A stretch of 64,000 nt of DNA, taken from the NCBI GenBank assembly GCA_020633125.1, contig JACKEH010000005.1, forward strand, positions 3,954 to 67,953. Reading direction: 5' to 3'. Source of the DNA: Sandaracinus sp. Lineage in GTDB: Bacteria > Myxococcota_A > Polyangia > Polyangiales > Houyiibacteriaceae. Made by a program: the position numbers and the translations under genes. Positions within the stretch are counted from its first letter, which is position 1; each line of letters starts with the position of its first letter. A model generated the notes under the pieces. That model saw nothing but the letters and a program-made list of their open reading frames with translations, made no database searches and was not told where the DNA came from. Positions 18,678 to 28,288 of the stretch are shown here, piece by piece.

Positions 18678-19968
18678 CGATCTCTCGGCGTGGCCGCACG
18701 GCTTTCGTGACGGCCTGCGCGGCGCGCTCGCGCTGATCGCCGATCGTTTGGGCGACGCGGCTGCGCCACTTCGTGGCCGCTTCGCGCTCGTCGAGGATTG
18801 GCGCTTCGACGGCGACGTCTACCACCCGAGCGCGTGGCCGCTCGCCTGCGACGCGGCGCTCGCGACCTTCGCGGCTTCGGTCGCGCTCGACGGACACCCC
18901 GCGTTCGAGCTCGCACGCTCCGTCGTTCGCGACTCGTCCGACGTCGAGACGGTGGCGACCGCCGCCGAGGCGTTGCTCGCGCGGCTCGGCGACGACGCGT
19001 CGTGGGAGGATTGGTACACCCACGCGTTCTTGCGCGCGCACTCGGCGGCGCGTGGCGGCGCGATGTCGCGATGCGTGGCGCTCGGCCAAGCCACGGCGGC
19101 GGCGGGATGGGCCGCCGAGCTCTTGCGTTGGGCGCTCGAGCGCGAGGCGCTGACGCCCGAAGAGATCGTCGCCCTCGTCGAAAGCTGGGCGCCCGAGGCG
19201 GAGCACCTCGCGCGGGTACGAACGCCCGGCCTCGCCGCGCTTCGCACCGGAGAGGTCGGGGCCGAGTGTGTCGCCGCGAGCTGGCCGGGCTTGGCGATCG
19301 TCGCCGACGGAACGACGGATCGTGCGCGGCTCGACGCGTGGGCTTCGAGCTTCGCGACGAAGTCGCTCGACGACGCCCTCGGCGAGGTCGCGCGTCACGC
19401 CGACGCGCTGCGAGGGCTCGGCGTGATCGCGTTGCGGCCCGGAGGTCGCGGCACGGTGTGGCGATCGGGCAGCGTCGAGGCGTGGGTGGCCGACGACTCG
19501 CGCGTGGACACGAAAGTCGAAGGGGAGCTCGTGCGTGAGGGCGCCACGTGGGCGCTGCACGTCGGGGCGATGGAGCCGCGGCGTCCCACGCGCGCGGGAG
19601 CGGGCCTCGTCGCGTGGACGGGCGGCGCGAACCTCGACGCCTTCGCCGCGTTGCGCGAGCCCGCGTCGCCGCGTCCTCACGTGCCGCGTTGGGCCGACGC
19701 GCGCGAGAGGGCCGAAGCGCTCGTGTCGGCCGCGGTGCCGTTCCTCGTGGACGGCGACGCGACCGGCCTCGACCTTCGTGTGCGTTTCGAGGACGACGCG
19801 CGCGAGCCCGTCGACGGAGCGCTGGAGCGCGACGTGGTCGTGGTGATCACCGTGGTTCGCGCCGACGTGGACGGCGCGGCGGACGAAGACGCCGCCGCGG
19901 AGGCGTTGCGGGCGCGTTTGCCCGCCGCGCTCGGGCCCTTCGAGGTCGACGCCACCTACGTGAAGTGA
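18658..19968 (+). CDS. hypothetical protein (436 aa)
   Basis: The ATG at 18658 overlaps the PrsW 3' end by 20 nt. Acidic, Ala-rich. No motif recognised. Confidence 0.55.
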   Translation: MRAADADDLSAWPHGFRDGLRGALALIADRLGDAAAPLRGRFALVEDWRFDGDVYHPSAWPLACDAALATFAASVALDGHPAFELARSVVRDSSDVETVATAAEALLARLGDDASWEDWYTHAFLRAHSAARGGAMSRCVALGQATAAAGWAAELLRWALEREALTPEEIVALVESWAPEAEHLARVRTPGLAALRTGEVGAECVAASWPGLAIVADGTTDRARLDAWASSFATKSLDDALGEVARHADALRGLGVIALRPGGRGTVWRSGSVEAWVADDSRVDTKVEGELVREGATWALHVGAMEPRRPTRAGAGLVAWTGGANLDAFAALREPASPRPHVPRWADARERAEALVSAAVPFLVDGDATGLDLRVRFEDDAREPVDGALERDVVVVITVVRADVDGAADEDAAAEALRARLPAALGPFEVDATYVK

Positions 19969-20031
19969 GGGGGGCGTTTCGGGCGTCCCGCGCGCCACCG
20001 CGCCGTCCCGCGACCTGCTAGCGTTCGCGCC

Positions 20032-20292
20032 ATGCCGGACCGTTGGATCGCCGAGGTCGAGAAGTGGCAGCGCCTCTACTTCGGCGCCGTGCTGATCGCG
20101 ATCGTGCTTCTGGTGGTCCAGGTCGCGACCGAGTGGGCCTGGCTCGATTGGCCCCGCGCGCTCGCGTGGTTCGGTGCGGCCTACGCCTCGTACCGCGAGG
20201 GCCGCGCGCGCCGACGCCTCGACGAGGATGGCAGCTGGGCCCTCCTGCGCGCCTTGGCATGCGTCGCCTTCGGCTTTCTGGCCCTCCTCTGA
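20032..20292 (+). CDS. small membrane protein (86 aa)
   Basis: ATG start. Two hydrophobic helices (YFGAVLIAIVLLVVQV, LLRALACVAFGFLALL). Confidence 0.45.
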   Translation: MPDRWIAEVEKWQRLYFGAVLIAIVLLVVQVATEWAWLDWPRALAWFGAAYASYREGRARRRLDEDGSWALLRALACVAFGFLALL

Positions 20293-20348
20293 CGGCCAGC
20301 GCGGCGAGCGGAGCCCGTCGGTGTCTCCCTGACGTCGGGCGACGTGTC

Positions 20349-20373
20349 TCACAAACATTCGAAAGTATTGTGA
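20349..20373. promoter_or_regulatory. AT-rich palindromic operator-like site upstream of the desaturase gene
   Basis: TCACAA-acattcgaaagta-TTGTGA sits within the most AT-rich stretch I noticed in the window (CACAAACATTCGAAAGTATTGTGATATTCG), about 125 nt upstream of the ATG at 20498. Confidence 0.4.
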
Positions 20374-20497
20374 TATTCGTCGGTGGTGGATCGGGGGCGC
20401 CGGTCCGCCGTGACGGAACGATGACTCGCGCCCACCTCGACGCTTGCTAGCGTCGTCCCCTCCGGGACCGGGGGGACTCGGAGGACGAACGACCTCG

Positions 20498-21706
20498 ATG
20501 CACCGCGACGATCCTTCCCTTCCCGACCCGCTCCCGCACGTGGACTACGAGGCCTTCGCGGCCGAGCTCGACGCGTTGCGCCGTGAGCTGCTCCGCTCGC
20601 TCGGTCCCGACGACTTCGCGCACCTTCGCAACGTCGCGCGTGCGGGACGCGCCTCCACCGCGCTCGGCTACGCCACCGCCTGGGTGGCCCCGAACCCGCT
20701 CTCGGCGCTCCTGCTCGCGTTCGGCTCGAGCACCCGTTGGGCGATCGTGATGCACCACGTCTCGCATCGCGGCCTCGACCGCATCGCCGAGGCGCCGCCG
20801 GAGTGGAAGAGCGACAAGTTCGCGCGTGGGCGTCGCCGCTGGCTCGATTGGCTCGACTGGATCTCGCCCGACGCCTGGGCCTTCGAGCACAACCGCCTGC
20901 ACCACTACCACACGGGCGAGGTGCTCGATCCCGACCTGGTCGAGCACAACACCCAGAAGCTTCGCGACGCCGACGTGCCCATGGTGCTCAAGCACCTCGC
21001 GGTCGCCTTCTACGCGCTCACCTGGAAGATCTCGTACTACGCGCCGAGCACCTTCCAGACGTTGAAGCGCGCCGAACGCCTGAAGGCGGAGCGCAAGCCC
21101 ATCAACGCCGACACGATGGACAACGCCGACGTGCCCTACCACGCGGTCTTCGATCCGCGGACCGCGGAAGGGCGCGAGTTCTGGAAGGAGTGCGTGTTGC
21201 CCTACGGGCTCGCGCGTTTCGTCGCCGCGCCCGCGCTCTTCTTGCCGCTCGGGCCCGTCGCGGCGGCGAACGTCGCGATCAACTCGGTGCTCGCCGAGCT
21301 GCTGACGAACCTGCACACCTTCGCGATCATCGTGCCCAACCACGTCGGCGACGACGTGCACCGTTTCGAGGGCCCCAACTCGGATCGCCCCGAGCTCTAC
21401 GTGCGTCAGATCCTCGGCTCGGTGAACTTCCCGACCGGCGGCGTCGTCAACGACGTCTTGCACGGCTACCTGAACTACCAGATCGAGCACCACCTCTGGC
21501 CCGATCTGCCTCCGGCGGCGTACGCGCGGGCGGCACCGCAGGTGAAGGCGATCTGCGAGAAGCACCGCGTCCCCTACGTGCAAGAGAGCGTGTGGAAGCG
21601 GCTCAAGCAGACGGTCGACGTGATGGTCGGCAAACGCTCGATGCTTCGAAGCCGTCCGCGTTCGCGCAAGGAGCGCGAGGCGGCACGGGCCGAGGCCGCG
21701 GAGTAG
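20498..21706 (+). CDS. membrane fatty-acid desaturase
   Basis: Three histidine boxes: HHVSHRG, HNRLHHYH, QIEHHLWP. ATG at 20498 is preceded by GGAGGA. Confidence 0.9.
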   Translation: MHRDDPSLPDPLPHVDYEAFAAELDALRRELLRSLGPDDFAHLRNVARAGRASTALGYATAWVAPNPLSALLLAFGSSTRWAIVMHHVSHRGLDRIAEAPPEWKSDKFARGRRRWLDWLDWISPDAWAFEHNRLHHYHTGEVLDPDLVEHNTQKLRDADVPMVLKHLAVAFYALTWKISYYAPSTFQTLKRAERLKAERKPINADTMDNADVPYHAVFDPRTAEGREFWKECVLPYGLARFVAAPALFLPLGPVAAANVAINSVLAELLTNLHTFAIIVPNHVGDDVHRFEGPNSDRPELYVRQILGSVNFPTGGVVNDVLHGYLNYQIEHHLWPDLPPAAYARAAPQVKAICEKHRVPYVQESVWKRLKQTVDVMVGKRSMLRSRPRSRKEREAARAEAAE

Positions 21707-21772
21707 GGCGTCGCGCTCGCCTGCGTAGCGCTCTCGAACCGGTACTCGAACCCGCTACCCGCCCGCTCGAAG

Positions 21773-22993
21773 GTGGGGCCGCAAGTCCATCGTGCGGCGG
21801 TGGACACGCGAAAGGCCGGGCGCGAGAACCACGCCGTCTACGTCTACCCGGCCGAGCATTACGCGCATTGGGCCGAGCGCCTCGGGCGCGAGCCGGCGCC
21901 TTGGGGCTTCTACGGCGAGAACCTCACGACGGAGGGGCTCGACGAGACGACGATTCGAATCGGCGACGTCCTCCGCGTGGGGGAGGCGGTGCTCCAAGTC
22001 ACCTCCCCGCGCATTCCGTGTCGCAAGCTCGACGCGCGTATGGGCCTGCGCTTCGGACGCCTCTTCACCGAGTCGCGTCGCGTCGGTTTCTACGTTCGGG
22101 TGCTCACCGAAGGCGTGGTGTGGCCCGGCGCCGCGATCACGGTCGAGTCGACCGATGAGCGCTCGCCGACCGTCGACGCGTTCGTGCGCATCAGCGAGGA
22201 GGACGCGTGGGACCCCGACGCGTTGCGCGAGGCCATGCAGGCCCGCGACCTGCCGGCGTTCTGGCGCGAGACCTTCGAAGCCAAGCTCGAGCGCGCGCTT
22301 CACGGCGAGGGGTGGCATGGCTTTCGGCCCCTACGCCTGGTGCGACGCGTCGCCGAGACGGACGACGTCACGTCGCTGCACCTCGCGTGCGCACGAGGCA
22401 AGCCGCTCGCGCCCTTTCACGCCGGGCAGCATCTGATGCTGCGACTGCGCAACGAAGGAAGCAGCCCCAGCCTGCGCGCCTACGCGATCTCCAGCTCGCC
22501 GCGCGATCTCGAGACCTACCGCCTGACCGTTCGTCGTGTGGTCGGCGCGGGCTCGCTTCCCCCCGGCCTCGTCTCGGGCCACCTGCACGACGAGCTCGAC
22601 GAGAGCGACGTCGTCTTCGCCGCCGCGCCGCGTGGCGCGTTCGGCCTCGAGCCGGCACCCGAGCACGTCTTCGTCGCGTTCGGCATCGGCGTGGCGCCGA
22701 TCGCGAGCATGGTCCATGCGTGGGCGGGCGCGGGCGAAGCGTCGAGCGCGCACGTGCATCTGGTGCGCGTCGAAGCGCTGGTGCCCGAGCTGCGTGCGTT
22801 GGCCGAGACGACCTCGCTCGAGCTCGTGTCACACGAGCAGGTCCCCGACGCGAGCACGCTCCTGCGCGGCGCCGACGCGCACTACTACCTCGCGGGACCG
22901 AACCATCAGGTCGACGCGTTCCGTGAGGCGTTGCTCGCGGCGGGCGTTCCCGCCGAGCGTGTCGCGGCCGAACGCTTCGGCCCACGAAGCTGA
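21773..22993 (+). CDS. MOSC-domain / ferredoxin-NADP-reductase-like fusion oxidoreductase
   Basis: MOSC core (FYGENLTTEGLDETTIRIGDVLRVGEAVLQVTSPRIPCRKLD) followed by FAD/NAD-binding FNR-like modules (RAYAISSSP, VFVAFGIGVAPI, YYLAGPNHQV). The only available start is GTG at 21773, which leaves the MOSC N-terminus shorter than in YiiM-type proteins. Confidence 0.8.
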   Translation: MGPQVHRAAVDTRKAGRENHAVYVYPAEHYAHWAERLGREPAPWGFYGENLTTEGLDETTIRIGDVLRVGEAVLQVTSPRIPCRKLDARMGLRFGRLFTESRRVGFYVRVLTEGVVWPGAAITVESTDERSPTVDAFVRISEEDAWDPDALREAMQARDLPAFWRETFEAKLERALHGEGWHGFRPLRLVRRVAETDDVTSLHLACARGKPLAPFHAGQHLMLRLRNEGSSPSLRAYAISSSPRDLETYRLTVRRVVGAGSLPPGLVSGHLHDELDESDVVFAAAPRGAFGLEPAPEHVFVAFGIGVAPIASMVHAWAGAGEASSAHVHLVRVEALVPELRALAETTSLELVSHEQVPDASTLLRGADAHYYLAGPNHQVDAFREALLAAGVPAERVAAERFGPRS

Positions 22994-23034
22994 ACGACGA
23001 AGCGCCGACCCCGGGGTGGCGCTTCGTTCGTTCC
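22993..23034. terminator. bidirectional stem-loop between convergent genes
   Basis: GAACGACGAAGCGCC-gaccccggggt-GGCGCTTCGTTCGTTC, a ~15-bp stem located exactly between the two stop codons. Confidence 0.55.
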
Positions 23035-23040
23035 CGTCGT

Positions 23041-24729
23041 TCAGCCGCGCGCGAGGAGCGCGGCGTCCTCGCGATCCATCCACGCGACCTGATCGATCGG
23101 CGTCTGCGCGAAACGCAGCGCCGCGGCGCGTGCTCGGCGGTCGCCGGAAGCGAGCGCGACGTCGGCGTGACGCACCAAGAGCGCGAGCTCGGCCGCACGT
23201 CCGAGCGTGAGCGCGAAGCGTCGCGCGCCGGCCTCGGCTTCGTCGCTGCCTTGCTTCGAGGCCGCGTCCACCCACTTCGCCGCCGCCGCCATCGCGTGCC
23301 GCGCACGTTGTCCCGCTTCGGCGAGCGCCGGGTCCTTCACGTCGGTCCACTTCTTCGCCGCCGCGAGCAGCTCCTGCAGCCCGCCTTCGCGTGCGAGCGC
23401 CCGCAGCGTGTCGAGCGAGAGCACGTTCGTGGTGCCTTCCCAGATCGAGAGCACCTGGGCGTCGCGGTAGAGCGTCGGAATGCCGGTGTCCTCGACGTAA
23501 CCCGCGCCGCCGAAGGCCTCGAGCACCTCGGACATCACCGCCACGACCTGACGACCGGTGGTGAGCTTCGCGATCGGCGTCAGCAGTCGCAGCAACGCCG
23601 CCTCGTCCTCGCTCAGCTCGCCGTGCTCTTCCTTGCCGAGCAGCTCGACGATCTGGAACGTGAGCTGGAACGCGCCTTCGAGCTCGGCCTGCAGACCCGC
23701 GAGCGTGTCGGCGTGAAGCGGCTTGTCGACGAGGTGCGCGCCGAACGCGAAACGACGCCGGGCGTAGTCCCGCGCGAGCGCGATGCCGCGACGCATCGAG
23801 CAGACCGCCGTCACCGCGTTCCACGTGCGCGTGACGTTGAGCATCGGCGTGATGCCTCGAACGCCACCGACGGTGTCGCCCGTGACGAGCTCGGCGGGCG
23901 TGCCTTGCAGCATCAGCTCCGCGGTCGGCAGCTTCTTGGTGCCGAGCTTCTCCTTCAGGCGGTTGAGCGAGATGTTGCGCAGCCGGCCCTGCTCGTCGCG
24001 GCACTCCACGTAGAAGAGCGCGAGCCCGTGACCGCCGGGCGGGTTGCCTTCGGGGCGGCCGAGCGTGAGGGCCATCTGGCTCGCGGCCGCGCTCGTGAAC
24101 CACTTGCGACCGTAGAGGCGCCACTGGCCGCTCGTTCCGTCAGCGCCGTCGTTCACCGCCACCGTCTCGGACAAGCCGACGTCGGACCCGCCCGTCGACT
24201 CCGTCATCCACTGACCGCTCGTCCAGAACGTCGCCGGGTCACGCGAGGTCAGGCGCGGCACCGCGCGATCGATGAGCGTTTGGTTGCCCGAGCGCAGCAG
24301 CGTCTTGGCTGCGCCATCCGTCATCGCGAGCGGGCACGCGAAGGTGTCGCTCGAAGGCGCGTAGAGGTACGCGAGCGCGAACTGATGCACGCGCGCGTAG
24401 CGGCCGAAGCGCGGATCGTAGGCCGCGGCGACCACGCCGTGCTTCGCCGCGATCGGCTCCGCCTTCTTCCACACTTGCGTCAGCTCGATGTGGTCGACGC
24501 GCTCGCCCCACGGCGACCAAGGCACGAGCCGCGGCTCTTCGAGACGGGTCTCTTGCGCGAGCTGCGCGAGCTCCACCGCGATCTCCCCCATCTCCCGCAG
24601 CTCCGGCTCGATGGCAGCGAGCACGTCCGGCGGCAGCGCGTGCCGGAGGTAGCCCTGCAGCATCGCGTCGTCGTCGTATTGGTTCGTGAGGGTGGGCGGC
24701 GCTTGGTGGAACGACTTGATCTCGCGCAT
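23041..24729 (-). CDS. acyl-CoA dehydrogenase family protein (AidB-like, 562 aa)
   Basis: ATG at 24727-24729 (MREIKSFHQAPPTLTNQYDDD...). GQWMTESTGGSDV, WFTSAA and ACAD C-terminal helices. The track ORF extends further upstream, but that extension looks non-coding. Confidence 0.85.
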   Translation of the reverse strand: MREIKSFHQAPPTLTNQYDDDAMLQGYLRHALPPDVLAAIEPELREMGEIAVELAQLAQETRLEEPRLVPWSPWGERVDHIELTQVWKKAEPIAAKHGVVAAAYDPRFGRYARVHQFALAYLYAPSSDTFACPLAMTDGAAKTLLRSGNQTLIDRAVPRLTSRDPATFWTSGQWMTESTGGSDVGLSETVAVNDGADGTSGQWRLYGRKWFTSAAASQMALTLGRPEGNPPGGHGLALFYVECRDEQGRLRNISLNRLKEKLGTKKLPTAELMLQGTPAELVTGDTVGGVRGITPMLNVTRTWNAVTAVCSMRRGIALARDYARRRFAFGAHLVDKPLHADTLAGLQAELEGAFQLTFQIVELLGKEEHGELSEDEAALLRLLTPIAKLTTGRQVVAVMSEVLEAFGGAGYVEDTGIPTLYRDAQVLSIWEGTTNVLSLDTLRALAREGGLQELLAAAKKWTDVKDPALAEAGQRARHAMAAAAKWVDAASKQGSDEAEAGARRFALTLGRAAELALLVRHADVALASGDRRARAAALRFAQTPIDQVAWMDREDAALLARG

Positions 24730-25222
24730 GGCGGCGAAACCTAACAGCCTTCGCGCACCCCTGAGAAACCTTCGCGGCCTTGCACGCGGGTCGTGCATCG
24801 GCGCCGTGCCGCGCCCCTCGAAGTGGCTGCAGACCCGCCTCGGTCCGCCCGCCGCCATGCCGTCGGACCGAAAGCCTCGGACTGAGGGGTCCTGCGGGCC
24901 CCGGCCAGCCCCGAATCCAGCTCGGGGAAAACCCGCGCCGATGGACCCCGGAGATCGCCGCGAACCGAGCCGCAGAGCGTGCCCGACCCCGGATCGGGCC
25001 CGACCGCTGCTCCCGTCCCGGCCGGCCTCTCGGCCCCCAGCCCCACGCCACGTTGCGACGCAGGGCGCGATCCCCGTGGGAACCCTCACGATCGAGGGAG
25101 TTTTGGCCCGGATCCCAATCGTGTCGGGGATGCCCGACGGGGCCAGTCCGGACCTGCCCTCCCGGGAACGACCTGCTACCTTCGGCCTCCCCGCAGACCT
25201 GCGAGCAAGAGCGAGATCCCGC

Positions 25223-28159
25223 ATGCAAGACTTCGGCGTCAACCAAGGGCTCGTGGAGGAGATGTTCCTCCGCTGGGCCGGCAACCCGTCCTCCGTCGAC
25301 GAGGCGTGGCGACGCTTCTTCGAGGGCCTCGAGCCCTCCGAGCTGCCCCAACTGACCTCCGCCGGCACGATCGCGGCCCCCGTCGTCGGCCAGCCCGTCG
25401 AGACGAAGGGCAACGGCGCCAACGGCGGCCACGGCTACGCCCAGATCCCGGCGAGCGCGCCCGTCCCGAAGACCGGCGAGCTCTCGGGGGTCTACAAGCT
25501 GCCGCCGACCGCCGAGGACATTCCCTTCATCGAGCGTCGCGGCGAGCCTCGCACCACGGCCTTCCCGCCCTCGGCCGAGGTCATGACGGCGACCGAGCTG
25601 CAGGCGCGTGTCGCCGCGCTCGTGAACGCGTACCGCGTGCGCGGCCACCTCTACGCGAACCTCGACCCGCTCGGTCTCTCCGAAGGTCCGGACGCGAGCG
25701 AGCTCTTCCTCGAGCGCTACGGCCTCGCGCACGTGCCGCCCGACACCGTCTTCTCCACCGGCGATCTCGCGGGCCCGCCCGTCGCGACCCTCGGCGAGAT
25801 CCTCGAGCGCGTCACGGACACCTACACGCGCTCGATCGGCGTCGAGTTCACGTTCCTCGAGGACCGCGAGGCGCGCACCTGGCTCCAGAACGCGATGGAG
25901 TCGACGCAGAACCGCATCTCGCTCTCGCGCGAGGAGCAGCTGCGCATCCTGACGAAGCTCACCGACGCGGAGATCTTCGAGCAGTTCCTCCACACGAAGT
26001 TCATCGGCGCCAAGCGCTTCTCGGTCGAAGGCGCCGAGAGCGTCATCCCGATGCTCGACCTGCTGATCGAGCGCTCGGCCGAGCTGGGCGTCGAAGAGGT
26101 CGTGCTCGGCATGGCCCACCGCGGTCGTCTCAACGTGATGGTCAACATCATGGAGATGAACGTCCGTGAGATCTTCGCGGGCTTCGACGACGACAACCCC
26201 GAGCTCCACCTCGGCGGCGGCGACGTGAAGTACCACCTCGGGTACTCGATCGATCGTCACACGGCGTCCGGCAAGAACGTGCACATGACGCTCACGTTCA
26301 ACCCGAGCCACCTCGAGTTCGTGAACCCGGTCGTCGAAGGTCGCGCGCGCGCCAAGCAGGATCGCCGCGGCGACACCAACGACCGCACGAGCGTCCTGCC
26401 GCTGCTCATTCACGGCGACGCCGCGTTCATCGGCCAGGGCATCGTCGCCGAGACGCTGAACCTCGGCGAGCTCACCGCCTACGCGACGGGCGGCACCGTC
26501 CACGTCGTCATCAACAACCAGGTCGGCTTCACGACCAACCCCGAAGACTCCCGCAGCACGCGCTACTGCACCGACATCACGCGCATGCTCCGCTGCCCCG
26601 TCTTCCACGTGAACGGCGAGGATCCGGAGGCCGTCGCGCAGGTCGTGCAGCTCGCGGCCGAGTACCGCCAGCGCTTCCACCGCGACGTGGTCATCGACCT
26701 CTACTGCTACCGCAAGTACGGCCACAACGAGGGCGACGAGCCGCGCTTCACGCAGCCCGTGATGTACGGCGCGATCGACAAGAAGAAGACCGTCCGCGAG
26801 ATCTACGTCGACCACCTCGTCGAGACGGGCTCGATCACCCGCGAGGACGCCAAGGAGATCGAGACGCGTCGCAACGCCGACCTCGAGCGCGCGCTCGAAG
26901 AGTCGCGCACCGGCGACTACGCGCTCGTCCCGGTGTCGATGAAGGGCCTCTGGGAGAACTACACCGGCGGTCTCGATCGCGAAGCGGCCGACGTGCCGAC
27001 CGCGGTGCCGATGGAGAAGCTCAAGGAGCTCCTCGATCGCCTCACGACGTACCCGGACTGGTTCCAGCCGCACAGCCGTCTGCAGCGCTTCGTGCTCGAC
27101 AAGCAGCGGCAGGTGCTCGACACGGGCGTCGACGTCGACTGGGGCACCGGCGAGAACCTCGCGATGGCCTCGATCCTCGCCGAGGGCACGCACATCCGCC
27201 TCACCGGCCAGGACGTGCGCCGCGGCACGTTCAGTCACCGCCACGCGGTCATCTACGACGTGCGCAACGGCCGCCGCTACACGCGCCTCGGACACGTCGC
27301 GGAGAACCAGGGCGGCCTCGAGATCTACGACAGCCCGCTCTCCGAGGCCGGCGTGCTCGGCTTCGAGTGGGGTTACTCGCTCGACACCCCGGACGCGCTC
27401 GTGATGTGGGAGGCGCAGTTCGGCGACTTCGCCAACGGCGCGCAGGTCATCATCGACCAGTTCATCTCGTCCTCCGAGGACAAGTGGAACCGTCTGAGCG
27501 GCCTCGTGATGCTCCTGCCGCACGGCTTCGAAGGCATGGGCCCGGAGCACAGCTCGGCGCGTCTCGAGCGTTTCCTCAGCCTCGCGGCCGAGGACAACAT
27601 GCAGGTCGTCAACCTCACGACGCCCGCGCAGATCTTCCACTGTCTCCGCCGCCAGGTGGTGCGTCCGTGGCGCAAGCCGCTGATCGTGATGACGCCGAAG
27701 AGTCTTCTTCGTCATCGTCGCGCGATCTCGACCCTCGAAGACCTCGCGACCGGCGAGTTCCAGCGCGTGATTCCGGACACCACGCCGGACCTCGACGCCA
27801 AGAAGGTCAAGCGCGTGCTCTTCTGCTCGGGCAAGGTCTACTACGACCTCCTCGAAGAGCGGGAGAAGCGCGGCATCACCGACATCGCGCTCGTGCGCCT
27901 CGAGCAGCTCTACCCGCTGCGCCCCGAGGAGCTCCAGGCGGCGGTCGAGTCCTTCCCGAAGAAGGCCGAGCTCTGCTGGGTGCAGGAAGAGCCGTGGAAC
28001 ATGGGCGCTTGGTATTACGTGCGCGCGCGTTTCCCGGACATCTTCGGCAAGCGTGACATTCGCTGCGTCGCGCGCGCCGAGAGCGCGAGCCCCGCGACGG
28101 GCTCGAACGCGGCCCACAAGCTCGAACAGAGCCGCCTCCTCGACGAAGCGCTGGGCTGA
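25223..28159 (+). CDS. sucA: 2-oxoglutarate dehydrogenase E1 component
   Basis: Classic N-terminus MQDFGVNQGLVEEMFLRWAGNPSSVDEAWRRFF. ThDP region HGDAAFIGQGIVAETLNL. HRHAV, LLPHGFEGMGPEHSSARLERFL. Confidence 0.95.
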   Translation: MQDFGVNQGLVEEMFLRWAGNPSSVDEAWRRFFEGLEPSELPQLTSAGTIAAPVVGQPVETKGNGANGGHGYAQIPASAPVPKTGELSGVYKLPPTAEDIPFIERRGEPRTTAFPPSAEVMTATELQARVAALVNAYRVRGHLYANLDPLGLSEGPDASELFLERYGLAHVPPDTVFSTGDLAGPPVATLGEILERVTDTYTRSIGVEFTFLEDREARTWLQNAMESTQNRISLSREEQLRILTKLTDAEIFEQFLHTKFIGAKRFSVEGAESVIPMLDLLIERSAELGVEEVVLGMAHRGRLNVMVNIMEMNVREIFAGFDDDNPELHLGGGDVKYHLGYSIDRHTASGKNVHMTLTFNPSHLEFVNPVVEGRARAKQDRRGDTNDRTSVLPLLIHGDAAFIGQGIVAETLNLGELTAYATGGTVHVVINNQVGFTTNPEDSRSTRYCTDITRMLRCPVFHVNGEDPEAVAQVVQLAAEYRQRFHRDVVIDLYCYRKYGHNEGDEPRFTQPVMYGAIDKKKTVREIYVDHLVETGSITREDAKEIETRRNADLERALEESRTGDYALVPVSMKGLWENYTGGLDREAADVPTAVPMEKLKELLDRLTTYPDWFQPHSRLQRFVLDKQRQVLDTGVDVDWGTGENLAMASILAEGTHIRLTGQDVRRGTFSHRHAVIYDVRNGRRYTRLGHVAENQGGLEIYDSPLSEAGVLGFEWGYSLDTPDALVMWEAQFGDFANGAQVIIDQFISSSEDKWNRLSGLVMLLPHGFEGMGPEHSSARLERFLSLAAEDNMQVVNLTTPAQIFHCLRRQVVRPWRKPLIVMTPKSLLRHRRAISTLEDLATGEFQRVIPDTTPDLDAKKVKRVLFCSGKVYYDLLEEREKRGITDIALVRLEQLYPLRPEELQAAVESFPKKAELCWVQEEPWNMGAWYYVRARFPDIFGKRDIRCVARAESASPATGSNAAHKLEQSRLLDEALG

Positions 28160-28175
28160 CCCCTCGCTCGCCGAG

Positions 28176-28210
28176 GAACGAGCCCCGGAGCGATGCTTCG
28201 GGGCTCGTTC
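28176..28210 (+). terminator. stem-loop downstream of sucA
   Basis: GAACGAGCCCCG-gagcgatgctt-CGGGGCTCGTTC, a 12-bp perfect stem 17 nt after the stop. Weak U-tract (GTTCCGTCT). Confidence 0.45.
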
Positions 28211-28288
28211 GTTCCGTCTCGCCACGAAGGTCCTCCGCCGTCGAACCTCGCGGCGCACGCGTGTAGGGTGCGTCCGCGGAGGAGACCG

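Noticed and set aside
24686-25222. Upstream extensions of the sucA ORF (from 24686) and of the acyl-CoA dehydrogenase ORF (up to 25422).
   Set aside because: Both proteins have canonical family N-termini at internal ATGs (25223 and 24729). The extensions are Pro/Arg/Gly-rich and overlap each other.
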